Shown: piece after piece, positions 35,304-45,973 of the stretch
Numbering within the stretch: position 1 is the stretch's first letter
How the letters are laid out: each line of letters begins with the position of its first letter
Source of the DNA: Alloascoidea hylecoeti
Taxonomy: Eukaryota
Reading direction: 5' to 3'
Length of the DNA stretch: 55,764 nt
Assembly (NCBI GenBank): GCA_001600815.1
Contig: BCKZ01000029.1
Coordinates: 124,001-179,764, forward strand
Position numbers and translations under genes: made by a program
Notes under the pieces: generated by a model
What the model was told of the DNA's origin: nothing
Databases searched by the model: none
What the model saw: only the letters and a program-made list of their open reading frames with translations

Positions 35304-36140
35304 TCAGACTTCTTTTGCTCCCTTTAGTTGAATTTTAAGTAATTCATCCTTATGATTTCTGAACAATTTAGCAGTTTCACTAGTATGTTGAATCATTAGG
35401 GAGTACCTTAGAAAATTAGATTCATCTAATTCTTTTTTTAAATTGTTATAATTCATTGCTAACTTTTCCAATTCTTTAATTCTTTCATTTTGTTTGTCTA
35501 ATAATTGAAGTTGGATTTTAGCCTTTTTTTCTTCTTCCTTAATAACAACTAAATAAGAAGCCGATTGTTGTTCTGATATTTCATCCGCATTCATGTGTTC
35601 TGTATTTACCCTTAAAACGTCTTTTTTCTCGAGTTCCAAACAGTCTATTTTTTGATTTAAAACTTTGATCTTGTTTGTAGCTCTTTCGGAATTAGCTTTT
35701 GTCACTGCTTGTAGTAAATCAATGTGACTGGTGTGTTGATTAAGTTGAACTGTTAAAATTTTTATTATTTTATTTAATCCTTTATTAGTTGATTTTGCTT
35801 TTTCAATCTCTTCTTTCAGTAGGGTTAATTCTGAGGGCTGATCATAATTTGTTTCCCAAAATTTAAGTGGTTTGAACAACTTTATGAAGTCTTGTTGTAT
35901 GAAGACTGATTTTGGAACAGCCCATGGCAATATAGAGAAAATAAAAATGAGGTAACAACCGACGGAGACAGTTTTTGGAACTTTATCAGACAAATTTATC
36001 ATGAGTTCTGCGATTAATTGAAAATCATCCGAAAATGATCTGGATTTACTGGATTCCAATTCATCAATTTTAGATGTTAAGGGTGCGATTGTGGGCGCTA
36101 TAAAGCTGGTAATAAAAACCAGAGAGCTTAAGAAAAGCAT
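35304..36140 (-). CDS. Hypothetical protein with a hydrophobic N-terminus, one further hydrophobic segment and a C-terminal coiled coil
   Basis: 278 codons open from the ATG at 36140 in very AT-rich DNA; no family recognised. Confidence 0.55.
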   Translation of the reverse strand: MLFLSSLVFITSFIAPTIAPLTSKIDELESSKSRSFSDDFQLIAELMINLSDKVPKTVSVGCYLIFIFSILPWAVPKSVFIQQDFIKLFKPLKFWETNYDQPSELTLLKEEIEKAKSTNKGLNKIIKILTVQLNQHTSHIDLLQAVTKANSERATNKIKVLNQKIDCLELEKKDVLRVNTEHMNADEISEQQSASYLVVIKEEEKKAKIQLQLLDKQNERIKELEKLAMNYNNLKKELDESNFLRYSLMIQHTSETAKLFRNHKDELLKIQLKGAKEV

Positions 36141-36161
36141 CGGTGATGGTAAAAGAAAAGT

Positions 36162-36211
36162 AAAAAAAGAAGAAAAAAAAGAAGAAAAAAAAGAAGAAAA
36201 AAAAGAAGAAA
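36162..36211. repeat. 12-bp tandem repeat (GAAGAAAAAAAA, about 4 copies)
   Basis: Seen directly. Followed by about 2.5 copies of ATTGCAAAGCC (36241-36268) and the palindrome GCCATTGCAATGGC (36260-36273). Confidence 0.9.
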
Positions 36212-36684
36212 GAATTAGAGAATTTAAAAATATAAATGCTATTGCAAAGCCATTGCAAAGCCATTGCAATGGCAGTGTGGGTGCACGTGATTAAGAATAG
36301 AATCTACAGTGTTTATAATTACTATTAAGGTCATCAATATTAATAGGTTCTTAATTGTTTAAATTTACAATAGTATTTGAACACAGTTAAAAATCGATAT
36401 TTATAACGATGTATAAGGTACATACCAGGTAAGCATACCAATGCTCTGTATAAAATAAAATAAGATGTATACGCTTATAATCTAGATGTTACATTAAGAT
36501 CAAAAGTGACAATAAAACCCGCGTCAAAATAACATTCTTAATAATCTTCTTCATTCACATTATTTTCATGAATCAAAACACTAAAATCCATAAGTATCAA
36601 CTAATGAAATCATTGGAGTATGCCCTTGATAGAATGCAATGAAAGCTTTTACAGAAGTAGGATCAGGTAGATCTTCTTTGTAAA

Positions 36685-38514
36685 TTATATATCTATAGTT
36701 TTCTCATTTTCTTCAACTGCAGTTCCTTCTTGATAATCATCATTATCCCTCAAGTCTTCTGCTTCGCTGATACTTAATATTTCTGGATTTTCAAAAGTCG
36801 ACATCCATACCAGTAAAGTATGCTCCCGACTTCTAGCTTCTGTAAAATCCAATGCTTCTAGTTTTAATGTCTCTATATCTAGTAATTCCAAACCATCCTC
36901 ATCATCAAGCTCAGAATCATCAATAATCCTATCTCTCTTCTCCAAATTTATNTTACTTGGCAGCAATTGATCAATTGAAATAACTTCAGTCCCCGGCTTC
37001 TTTTTATTGGCGCTAATATTATTGGTGCAATTACACGATGAAATTAGTTTCATATCAAAGTTTGGGTCTTCAAAGCTAATTCTGTTCCTTTTGAAATAAT
37101 CGATGGAACGATCAAGGGTTCTATATTTATCATGACTTTCAGTAGGAGAGTAGCCCAGTTTCTTAACAGTTATATTTAATCGTTTTTCAATATCTGCCCA
37201 GTATCTTTTTAATGAAATAGGAAACTCCTTATATATATCATCTTTCATCGAGTCAACGGCCTTAACTATATCCGCCGCCCAAATAAAGGGATACATATAC
37301 TCACCTTCTACCGAGACTCCATCATTATTAGTCCCGGGCTTTAATTTCTCTCTATAATCCATTTCTAAGACTTTGGCAAGTATTCTTTCTGTGATATATT
37401 TTGTAATCCTTTTCAATTCAGTTATTACATCTTGATGAATATCATTGATTTCTGATACTTCACCATATCCGGTTTTGCAATAGATGCTATTTATTAGGTT
37501 AAACATGGTATCTATATTAAAGAGGGAAGTATTGGAGTCATCGCTAGTTTGAATACTTTCAGACAGACCATCCTCAGTTTCCTCCAATTTTGTTGGAACA
37601 TCTATTGAAAGCAAATTTGTTGAGAGAGATGTGTCTTCTGATTTTTTATTATTATTAATAGATTGTTGAGATATAGTACCATCGCTTAGGATATCAATAT
37701 TTGTGTTTGTATTATACCTAGATATAAGATCCCTTTGTGATGAGCCCTTCTTTTGATTCCATGTCTGTGCTTGAGACTCCTCCATCAATATCCAATGTTC
37801 ACTCATCTCTACTGCAGCTGGAAAATCTTCCAAATCTAGCTCTTTTATTCGTTTAAACATACCAGCGCGATAATTGTAAGTTTTGTTTTCATTGTTGAAA
37901 TTTCCCTTCATTAGTTCTGTTTGTGAATTCAGGACATTAAAATAGGTCACAACCTCAATGAAAGATTTAGTCGGTATCTCATCTGCAACGGATTTGAGGT
38001 TATGCTTTGATCTTCTTCCCAAAAATGTGAAGAACAGTTCCTTCTCTTTTGGAGTCCATCGAACACCATTAACCAACGTATCAGATTCATCGTCATCATC
38101 GCTATCGCTGGTATTACTATTTTCTGAAACCTCATCACTCATGTCATCATCTAATTCTGTCTCCTGTTCTTTATTTTTGATTTGTTGTAGTTTATCCATT
38201 TCTTCCTCATGATAGTCAGATGAGCCCACTTGCCCAGTTGAATTTATGTAAGTAGTAGGTAATTTCAGATCAAAAGGCGTACAATATTTTGGTATATACC
38301 CCGTTAGAAATTGGTCAACTTCTTTTTTGTATAAATTAATGTAATTATTGTTAATTTTTATCCTCCTAGGTGATTGTGTGAAAATTCTCTGATCCTCTAG
38401 TTCAGGCTCTATTTTTACCGAAGCTGACCCTTTTCTTCTTTTCCTAGGCATATTTGAGTCAATATCTTGCGATTTTCTCGAACATGATGGAGTTTCTCGG
38501 ATATCCATATCCAT
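36685..38514 (-). CDS. RRN5: RNA polymerase I upstream activation factor subunit Rrn5 (SANT/Myb domain)
   Basis: GVRWTPKEKELFF..LGR...I.TKS..EV..Y..VL and PAAVEMSEHWI.MEESQA; divergent from SLS1. Confidence 0.85.
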   Translation of the reverse strand: MDMDIRETPSCSRKSQDIDSNMPRKRRKGSASVKIEPELEDQRIFTQSPRRIKINNNYINLYKKEVDQFLTGYIPKYCTPFDLKLPTTYINSTGQVGSSDYHEEEMDKLQQIKNKEQETELDDDMSDEVSENSNTSDSDDDDESDTLVNGVRWTPKEKELFFTFLGRRSKHNLKSVADEIPTKSFIEVVTYFNVLNSQTELMKGNFNNENKTYNYRAGMFKRIKELDLEDFPAAVEMSEHWILMEESQAQTWNQKKGSSQRDLISRYNTNTNIDILSDGTISQQSINNNKKSEDTSLSTNLLSIDVPTKLEETEDGLSESIQTSDDSNTSLFNIDTMFNLINSIYCKTGYGEVSEINDIHQDVITELKRITKYITERILAKVLEMDYREKLKPGTNNDGVSVEGEYMYPFIWAADIVKAVDSMKDDIYKEFPISLKRYWADIEKRLNITVKKLGYSPTESHDKYRTLDRSIDYFKRNRISFEDPNFDMKLISSCNCTNNISANKKKPGTEVISIDQLLPSXINLEKRDRIIDDSELDDEDGLELLDIETLKLEALDFTEARSREHTLLVWMSTFENPEILSISEAEDLRDNDDYQEGTAVEENEKTIDI

Positions 38515-38583
38515 ATATCCATATTAACTTTATAAATAAAATTTTATATACAATTACAAACAAAAAGTTATATCCATCAGATG

Positions 38584-38589
38584 CACGTG
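38584..38589. promoter_or_regulatory. CACGTG E-box (Cbf1/Pho4/Tye7 type) in the 94-bp RRN5/SLS1 divergent spacer
   Basis: GCACGTGAC. CACGTG also occurs at 10018, 15322, 27658 and 36284, all in upstream intergenic regions. Confidence 0.55.
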
Positions 38590-38608
38590 ACATGAAAGAA
38601 ATAAAAAT

Positions 38609-41278
38609 ATGGAATATCACCAACTTTTGAGATATATGTCTCTTCGATTAGCTAAAATCACCATACAAAGTGCCAGATCTGTTAGTCTGGGACTTTCACG
38701 GTCATTGCATAAACATAGTAGAATATATCCTTTAAGAAAACCACAGGGAGTGTCTCAATTATACCTATATCGTGCGTGTGCTACAAAATCATCTCCAGAG
38801 AAAAACTTTTTGCAAGACGACTCTACACCTAAAGATCAAGATGACACTGAAGATTTAACAAATAAAGCTCCAGGAAATAACATACAAGAAATAAAGCTAG
38901 GAAATATAGAAAATGAAAAGAGTACCGAAACTTCAGAAGTGAACTCAAGTTCGAGTCTCCTAGATTTAAAAGAGTCGACAAAACTAGGCAAGGGACTCAA
39001 AATGGCACCTATAAAACAGCGATTAGTTATACTAGATGCAAGAGACTCCAAGGTGGCTTCAAGAGAGGTACCAGAATACTTCAGAAGACCCACATCAAAA
39101 CAGAGTAATCCTATTGGTGCGAGTATGGATTTTGCTTTCCTAGATTTCGAGAAGAAACGAAACAATCTATTGGTTTTTAAGTCAACATTATCTGAATCAC
39201 AGATAACTGAAAGTATAGATTTAATGAATCCAAAAGGAAAGAAAAATGTATCTGTTAAGAGATTCAACCAGTTAAAAAAGGATTTGAATACAGCTTATAA
39301 AACCAAACAGATTCGTGACTATATTTTAAGTTCTAGAAAAGAATATCATTTAAAATCTACCTACACACAATCTATCATAAAAGCAAGTACAAAGAAACAA
39401 TTGATAGATATAATTTTGTCTGATATGTGGAGACTTAAACCTTCGAATACTATTGATGATATTTCTGATGTTTTGGTCGAACGAACAATTAGCCTAGCAC
39501 CAAAAGATTTATTCCTCCTATGCTGTAATTCTGGTAGAATGATATCAGATCTAACTATTAAAACTGGTGCTCAGATTGCAATTGCTACGGGTGGTCAAGA
39601 AATAATCATAAGAGGAACTACAAGTGCTATAAATTTGGTTGAAGCCCAAATAAATCGAACTATCAACAATACAATTTCAGAAGAAATAGATCTCTCAGGA
39701 ATTGCTACTTTATATGGTGATACACCTATTCCGATCCAACAAATCGAACAGGTCTCAAATGTCTATTTCGACCCTGTTGACGTCAATAATAATCCATTCA
39801 CACAACGATTCGTTATGACTGCTTTGGATGCAAATGGTTTAGATGATGTGAGACGTTATCTTATCTCTTCATTGGATTACAAAAATGGTGACTCTAGAAT
39901 TCAACAGATGATACTTCATCCTCAAAATATGATATCAGATAATGTTCGAGTCTTTAATATTGCAGAAGAAGAAGCATTGTCATGGAATGATAGAGTATCT
40001 ACTTGGGGTAGATTGCAGGAAGCTAAACCAAAGTTAATTGCACAAACTTCCTCAAACTCATCTCTTGCGGATATTTTAGTCAAAACAGGTAGAGAAGTAT
40101 CGAAATTTGATAAATTGTTCCAGAAAGCAGATAGTGAAAGAAGAGAAAAGGAAGAAAAGTCAAATGATTATGATGCCGATATTCGAAATGCTTATGATAC
40201 TTTACAAAAATCATTAACAGACTTCAAACAGAAAAAGAAAATGGGTGTCGCTGAACAATTTTGGGAGCCACCTACATTAACTGCAACATTTGGATTCATT
40301 ATATATAATACTGAATTTATTGCGGAAGATATGCATACAGAGGTTGAAAAACTTTTCAATAGAAAGCAAGGAAGTTTGTCAACAAGGTTTTTAACAAATA
40401 TTCCATTAATTCACGATAAAGTTTTGGAGCTTCCTCTGTATGATCCGATAAGTTCTAATGATCAACTTATGTGGGAAGATAAACATGATTATTTTGTCCA
40501 AATGAGTTTCCTTCCATCACCTTTCAAAAATGTTGATAACTTTAAGGATAGGCCTCCTATAGAAATGTGGATAGATTTGGACGAGAAAAATCGTGCTATA
40601 TCAGGTAGTGAAAGAATGGTGACTACTGAATTAGAATCATCTGTTTTATTTTCTCTGCCCAATAAATCATCGGACATAAAATTATCGGTTGCATATGTTG
40701 GAAATGTTGTGGAGCCACTAGATGTAGATGAACTGCAAGATGATTCTAGCTCTTCAGAGAGAAAAATGGATCTTTTTGAAGAAGATGATACATCAGATAG
40801 TGATAAATTAGAAAATGTTTGGGAAAATAACGAAAATGAAGAAATTGACCAACATAATGTGTTTAAACAAACCGTTGAAACGGAAAAGAACCTGAAGAGT
40901 AAGGAAATTGAAAATAAGGAAAGTTTAAGTCCATTATCCATTGAAAACCAGCCCGGCTTAAAACACTTTTTACAGAACGCAAATCTTGATTTTTCCGGAA
41001 ATTCATCTATTAATATTCCTAATAATCTTAATATGAAATTTGCTGATGGCGAAGTTGATTATAAATTTCAGAATGCATTTTATCGACGTCAACTTTTTTT
41101 TAAATTCCGAGGCATGAGATTACAATTCTCAATTATTGAAGGAGGTGTATTATCAGGAAGAAGAATGGAAGTTACTCTTGTAGCTTCTGAAAATATTGAT
41201 GAAATGGATTATAACACTTTCAGTAAGGCAGTAAAAGATGCGATTGCATTTGTAGATAGTTTAAGAACTCCTAAATAA
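38609..41278 (+). CDS. SLS1: Mitochondrial inner-membrane protein Sls1 (start may be 38636)
   Basis: Basic presequence; SVKRFNQLKKDLNTAYKTKQI..Y, K..LI..IL...W, H.YFVQ..FLPSPF, PPIEMW, GG.LSGRR.EV.L; adjacent to RRN5. Confidence 0.8.
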   Translation: MEYHQLLRYMSLRLAKITIQSARSVSLGLSRSLHKHSRIYPLRKPQGVSQLYLYRACATKSSPEKNFLQDDSTPKDQDDTEDLTNKAPGNNIQEIKLGNIENEKSTETSEVNSSSSLLDLKESTKLGKGLKMAPIKQRLVILDARDSKVASREVPEYFRRPTSKQSNPIGASMDFAFLDFEKKRNNLLVFKSTLSESQITESIDLMNPKGKKNVSVKRFNQLKKDLNTAYKTKQIRDYILSSRKEYHLKSTYTQSIIKASTKKQLIDIILSDMWRLKPSNTIDDISDVLVERTISLAPKDLFLLCCNSGRMISDLTIKTGAQIAIATGGQEIIIRGTTSAINLVEAQINRTINNTISEEIDLSGIATLYGDTPIPIQQIEQVSNVYFDPVDVNNNPFTQRFVMTALDANGLDDVRRYLISSLDYKNGDSRIQQMILHPQNMISDNVRVFNIAEEEALSWNDRVSTWGRLQEAKPKLIAQTSSNSSLADILVKTGREVSKFDKLFQKADSERREKEEKSNDYDADIRNAYDTLQKSLTDFKQKKKMGVAEQFWEPPTLTATFGFIIYNTEFIAEDMHTEVEKLFNRKQGSLSTRFLTNIPLIHDKVLELPLYDPISSNDQLMWEDKHDYFVQMSFLPSPFKNVDNFKDRPPIEMWIDLDEKNRAISGSERMVTTELESSVLFSLPNKSSDIKLSVAYVGNVVEPLDVDELQDDSSSSERKMDLFEEDDTSDSDKLENVWENNENEEIDQHNVFKQTVETEKNLKSKEIENKESLSPLSIENQPGLKHFLQNANLDFSGNSSINIPNNLNMKFADGEVDYKFQNAFYRRQLFFKFRGMRLQFSIIEGGVLSGRRMEVTLVASENIDEMDYNTFSKAVKDAIAFVDSLRTPK

Positions 41279-41574
41279 TTTAAGAAGCATGTGTATATAA
41301 TTCTCATAATTCATTATATTTATAATTATAAATTGTCAATTCTATTTGAATGAAATTGAATACCCAACGGTTAAATAAAAATAATGATATGTATTAGGAT
41401 AATGTTTATTTTAATATTAATATGGCACAATACTTATATGGTGTAAGCAGTTTTGAACAAAATGAAGTGATATATTCAATTATTCAATAACTATATAGAC
41501 CTATTTAAATGCTTTGACTAAACTATAGATGTGTGACTTCATATATCCGTATTGTAGTTTAAAAATGTCAATGA

Positions 41575-43211
41575 TTAATCAACAATGTCTGCTGTGGCAG
41601 TAAATAACGATTCAGTTGGTTGAACAATTGAACTACTAGGTTCCTCTTTAACCGAATCCAATTTAACTTCTGGCCGTTCTTCATGTTCCTCTAAATCTGC
41701 TTTCCTAGCTTCTTGCAATTCATTCCATTCATTTGGTTCCAATATTTTCTCTTCAACGGTAATAACCCCACATTCTTCAAAAACTCCCAAAATCTTTTCA
41801 GCTTCGTCTACTGTATATTTTGCAAGGACTTTATTTACTTCGGACAGTTGTAAAGTCTCAATGGCTTTTCTCATTTCAGGTTCTAAAGTCTCATAAATAG
41901 GATAATTTTCACTATCAAGAGGTGGAATATTAACCATCAATGGCTGATCCGGGTCTAACGATTGTAACTGGATCTGTTCAACACCTTCTTCTTCTGCATT
42001 TTCTTTATCATTATCATTGTTGGATAACGAAGTGACACCTTCATTCTTCAAAATCTTGCAACGATTTACAACATGATCATAGGTTAATTTTAAGTCTTCC
42101 AAAAAGGCTTTTCGAGCAGGATCAGAATTATTTCTCATCTTATCGAAAAATAGATAAACACCACGCGAATTTTTACCTTCAGCCGTAAGCTCAGCAGTAT
42201 ATTTCAGTAATAAAGCTTGATGAACGATTTGTTGAGCTCTTTTTATTTCACCTTTTAGCTGATAGTCAAACGCTGTCATGATCAATGCATCCTTTTGCTG
42301 TTCAGTCGCAATGAATAAATGTTTAAGAATGAATTTTTCACTTTCTTTTAAATCTAGAGGATCAATGGTGGAAAATTCTTTGGATTCTGGTGAAACGGTT
42401 AAATCAACATCATCAGGATTATTTGATTCTGGCTTCGTTTTGTGTTCTTTCGCTTTACTTGATGGGTCTGGTGAATTTATGGTTTCGATTTTTGTTGAAG
42501 ATGCTGATCCGGAACTTGAAGCCTTGGCTGATTGTGATGAAGAAGATGTTGTTGGTTCATCTTTGATCTTGTTAACAGAAGAATAATTAAATCCATCATG
42601 AATATCTTCCGAAGTAATATGTCTGGCTTCCTCTTCCTTTAATTCAAAGAGTTTCTTTACATTTTCTTTTGTAACTTTAGCTACTTTATCTTTGTGCTCT
42701 AAGACAAATTGTTTTAGAGTATTGACTTTCTCAGAAAGTGTAGAGCTAGCAGTTACCTTTTCATCACCTTGTGTTAATAAATCCTCCACCATTTCATTAT
42801 AGCTAGGTAAATCAACTAGGGTTTCCTTTGTGGTTGGATCAAATGGTTTGTCTTTATCACCTTTATATGTTGCTAAGACTGCATTTCGATGTTTTTCATC
42901 TAGCCAAGTTTCATCATCAGTAATTGTAGTAATTAAAAAATCGATTCTTTTGGTTAATTGGTCATATGTTTCAATATCAATATTCAAACGACGCATATCA
43001 GCGTGTCTCTTCATTCTTTTGTCATGAATATCTCTTTGTTTCCAACGAATGAATGAAGCTTTATCGACATTTGGATGAACTAGAGCATGATGAGGTGTCA
43101 GTTTTATCATCTTAGATCAACAGAAGAGAAGTATTAGTAGTTATTCTTACCTTCTACATCAGAATCGTCAGATAGTTCAATTCTATCCCATTTGGAGTAG
43201 TCAACGGCCAT
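41575..43211 (-). CDS. CDC37: Hsp90 kinase co-chaperone Cdc37; exons 43211-43151, 43079-41575
   Basis: Spliced N-terminus MAVDYSKWDRIELSDDSDVEVHPNVDKASFIRWKQRDIH; 71-nt GTAAG..TAG intron at 43150-43080. Confidence 0.96.
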
Positions 43212-43368
43212 TTTCGATAGTGATAGATTGCTTGGGAAGTGGATTCCTAAAGGTTGATCTACTTAGGCTTGGAAGATTCTGAATCAGGTGTAAGGGCTTT
43301 CTAGAGAGTTCTACAATGTGTGCTGCAATTAAATAACAAATCATATTAATATACGTTAATCATCAAGT

Positions 43369-43941
43369 TCACCTATAAAAGTCTGGACGGCGGACATTAA
43401 GACCATACTCAGCTAATGCACTGCTAAGGTCTTCCACGGTAAGAACCGTTTTCCCCTGGTTGTTGGGATTTGTACTAGCGGCAGCTCCTGTAGTTTGACC
43501 GGCCATCAGAGCTCGAGCTCGAGCCTGTGGATTACTGGAATTGTAGATGGAGCTGGAGGACCTAATTCTAGAGTATTCGTAGGCATCCGTCGCAACATCG
43601 GAGATGAACTTTTGGGTTGCTAACGCCAACAATCGTTTTATTCGAACATCATCGCACTCAAAACCAGCTCGAGCCAAGTAGTAATCGGTAACAGCATCAG
43701 GTATAATAGGGGCGTATTCATCCATCATACCGAGTAGCTCCTTTAAAGTCTTTTCTTTCCTTAAAAATTGGGGTAAGTTTGTGTAGAGCTTATCATCAGG
43801 TCCATTGGGGTTAACCTCATCCTTCGCTCCATCGTTTTGTTCATCATCCTCCTTATCGAAAACTAATTCATCTTCAACACTTTCATCCAAATCCATCTCG
43901 TTAGCTTTTGATTTACCATCTTCTGTTCCTGTTTGTTCCAT
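43369..43941 (-). CDS. TAF10: TFIID/SAGA subunit Taf10
   Basis: [20 protein letters not shown]...[30 protein letters not shown] ... [24 protein letters not shown]. Confidence 0.97.
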   Translation of the reverse strand: MEQTGTEDGKSKANEMDLDESVEDELVFDKEDDEQNDGAKDEVNPNGPDDKLYTNLPQFLRKEKTLKELLGMMDEYAPIIPDAVTDYYLARAGFECDDVRIKRLLALATQKFISDVATDAYEYSRIRSSSSIYNSSNPQARARALMAGQTTGAAASTNPNNQGKTVLTVEDLSSALAEYGLNVRRPDFYR

Positions 43942-44301
43942 AATGAATTCAGGATTTGTGTGGTGCTGCGCCGATTTAGAAAAGTTAATGCGTTCTGGTA
44001 GCTAAGATTTTTTGTGAAACTACTAAAGCTGACTAATCACAAACAATAAAGTACAGTTTTTCCACTATAATTCGCCATAGAGAGGATAATATTTCGTCAA
44101 ATAAGTATGTATATGATCGCCATATTGAAAATTAAATATCAACAGTTAGTGTGTTACATAGTGTGTTAGCTCCGTTAAGTTATTCACGAAAGTGACATAC
44201 ATTCAGTCTCAAGATTCGTCACAGGTATGAATATACTTTCGCCATTTTGTGGAGGGAACAGATAGTTGTGCTAGCCACAAAGGGTCAATTTTAACCACTT
44301 T

Positions 44302-45046
44302 GTGGATTCAAAACTCCAAAATATTTTAAGTATTGGATATGCTTCTTTAGGTGGAAGGGGATCGAATTTAGGTGATTATATTAATTATCCAAAAGCTTTG
44401 GTTAAAGCCGGAGTTATCAATTCCCAAGCTTATTCTATCTATTTGGATTTCATAAATGCTGATTCTGGTGTCCTTTTGTTTGGTGGTGTTGATCAAACCA
44501 AATATACAGGTACTTTAGGAACAGTTCCATTATCAAGTTCAACAAGAACTACTGTCACACTAAACACTAAATAGTCTTTAAGTATCAGGTGGATGTTTTA
44601 CAATTTTTAGTAGTGTGGATGTTCTTTTGGATAACTGGAATAACTTTAACATATTTACCACCCGATGTCATTGCGAACATTGTACAATCAATTGGAGAAA
44701 CTGCGTCTGATAATGGAATGGTAAAACTATCTATGTTGGTCCGTGTGATTCAGGCTCAAACACTTTAGACTTCACTTTTGGATGTGTTACTGTCAGTGTT
44801 CCTTTTTCAAATTTTCAAGCACCTTTAACAGATCAAGATGGAAATTGTGTATTAAGATTTGTACCTAATGTTTATCACAATATTCTTGGAGATTCATTTT
44901 TAAGAAGTGCTTATATTGTTTTTGATTTAGATAATCAACAAGCTTCTATCGCACAAGCAAGTTTGAATGCGAGCGGATCAAGCAATATTCAAGTCATTCC
45001 AGCTACACCAAACTCAATTCCTGGTGCTACTATCTGTAGTACATGA
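44302..45046 (+). pseudogene. 5'-truncated yapsin/Sap-type aspartic protease pseudogene
   Basis: YINYP..LV..G.I.S.AYSIYL..GVLLFGGVD.TKYTG.L, then a stop; catalytic DTG split by a frameshift (GAT-A-ACT-GGA, 44630-44639); a further frameshift; then ILGDSFLRSAYIVFDLDN...SIAQA. No N-terminal lobe seen. Confidence 0.9.
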
Positions 45047-45973
45047 TTATTTTATCCAAAACTTCTAAGTGAAATTTTTTTATAATTCTAATAAAATTAG
45101 ACGAAAAAATACTGTGCTCTCTTATGTATAGGCCTATAGTGTTGGTTACCGTTATAAAGAATTGCGATTAATTTCTATTATGAATATGCATATCTAAAGA
45201 AGCAATTGAAAATCAATCCTGTAGTATCTAATCGCCGGTAGAATAATCCGCACCAACATCCAAATTGTAATCAGTCTCAACATCACTGAAACAGTCATCG
45301 TCCATTTCTATATCACTATTTTGTGCGTTGACTTCATTATTATATGAGTTTCTCTTGAAAATATTTCTTATTCTTTTGGATTCTCGAGGCATACTGACTT
45401 TATAATATAGCTATGATTCCTGCTCACCAACAGGATCAGCTGCGGGAATATGCATGCATATCGCTATTAACTCTTAATACGGTAGTTTGGTCCATAAAAA
45501 TCTGGATGTTTCTTGAAATATTGATAGTTATATTAATATTCGTATAAATCAAAATGCTTCACGGGGGCTGGTTAGTATTGGGCAAAATTGCAACCCTATC
45601 TTGTTGATCTTCTTCTGAATAAGAACTACTGGTAGAAGGTTTATTAAAAATATTATCAGAAAGATCAGTATCTGAAAGCTCATCGGAAGAATCAGCAAAG
45701 TTGATTAAATTACCATAATGATTCAAAATTTCACTTGATGATTTAAATTACCAGCACAACTAACTACTCCCCCCACCAAATGGAGATAGTGTGTTTGTAC
45801 TTGTGACGAATATTGGGACTAATGTGTGACCAAATAAACTGACCCCAATAGCGCACTATCACACTGACAGCTAATATTTAAGTTTCAAAAAGTCTAAACT
45901 ACACATTTCCCGTAATATGGAATTAAAAAATGGAAAAGCTGTAAGCCTTATGTTGAATCTAACTAGCGAGTTA

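Noticed and set aside
36070..36294. Poly-Phe and (KKEE)n ORFs
   Set aside because: Products of the 12-bp tandem repeat.
43080..43110. Track start of CDC37 (MIKLTPHHAL)
   Set aside because: Intronic; the conserved N-terminus is in the upstream exon 43211-43151.
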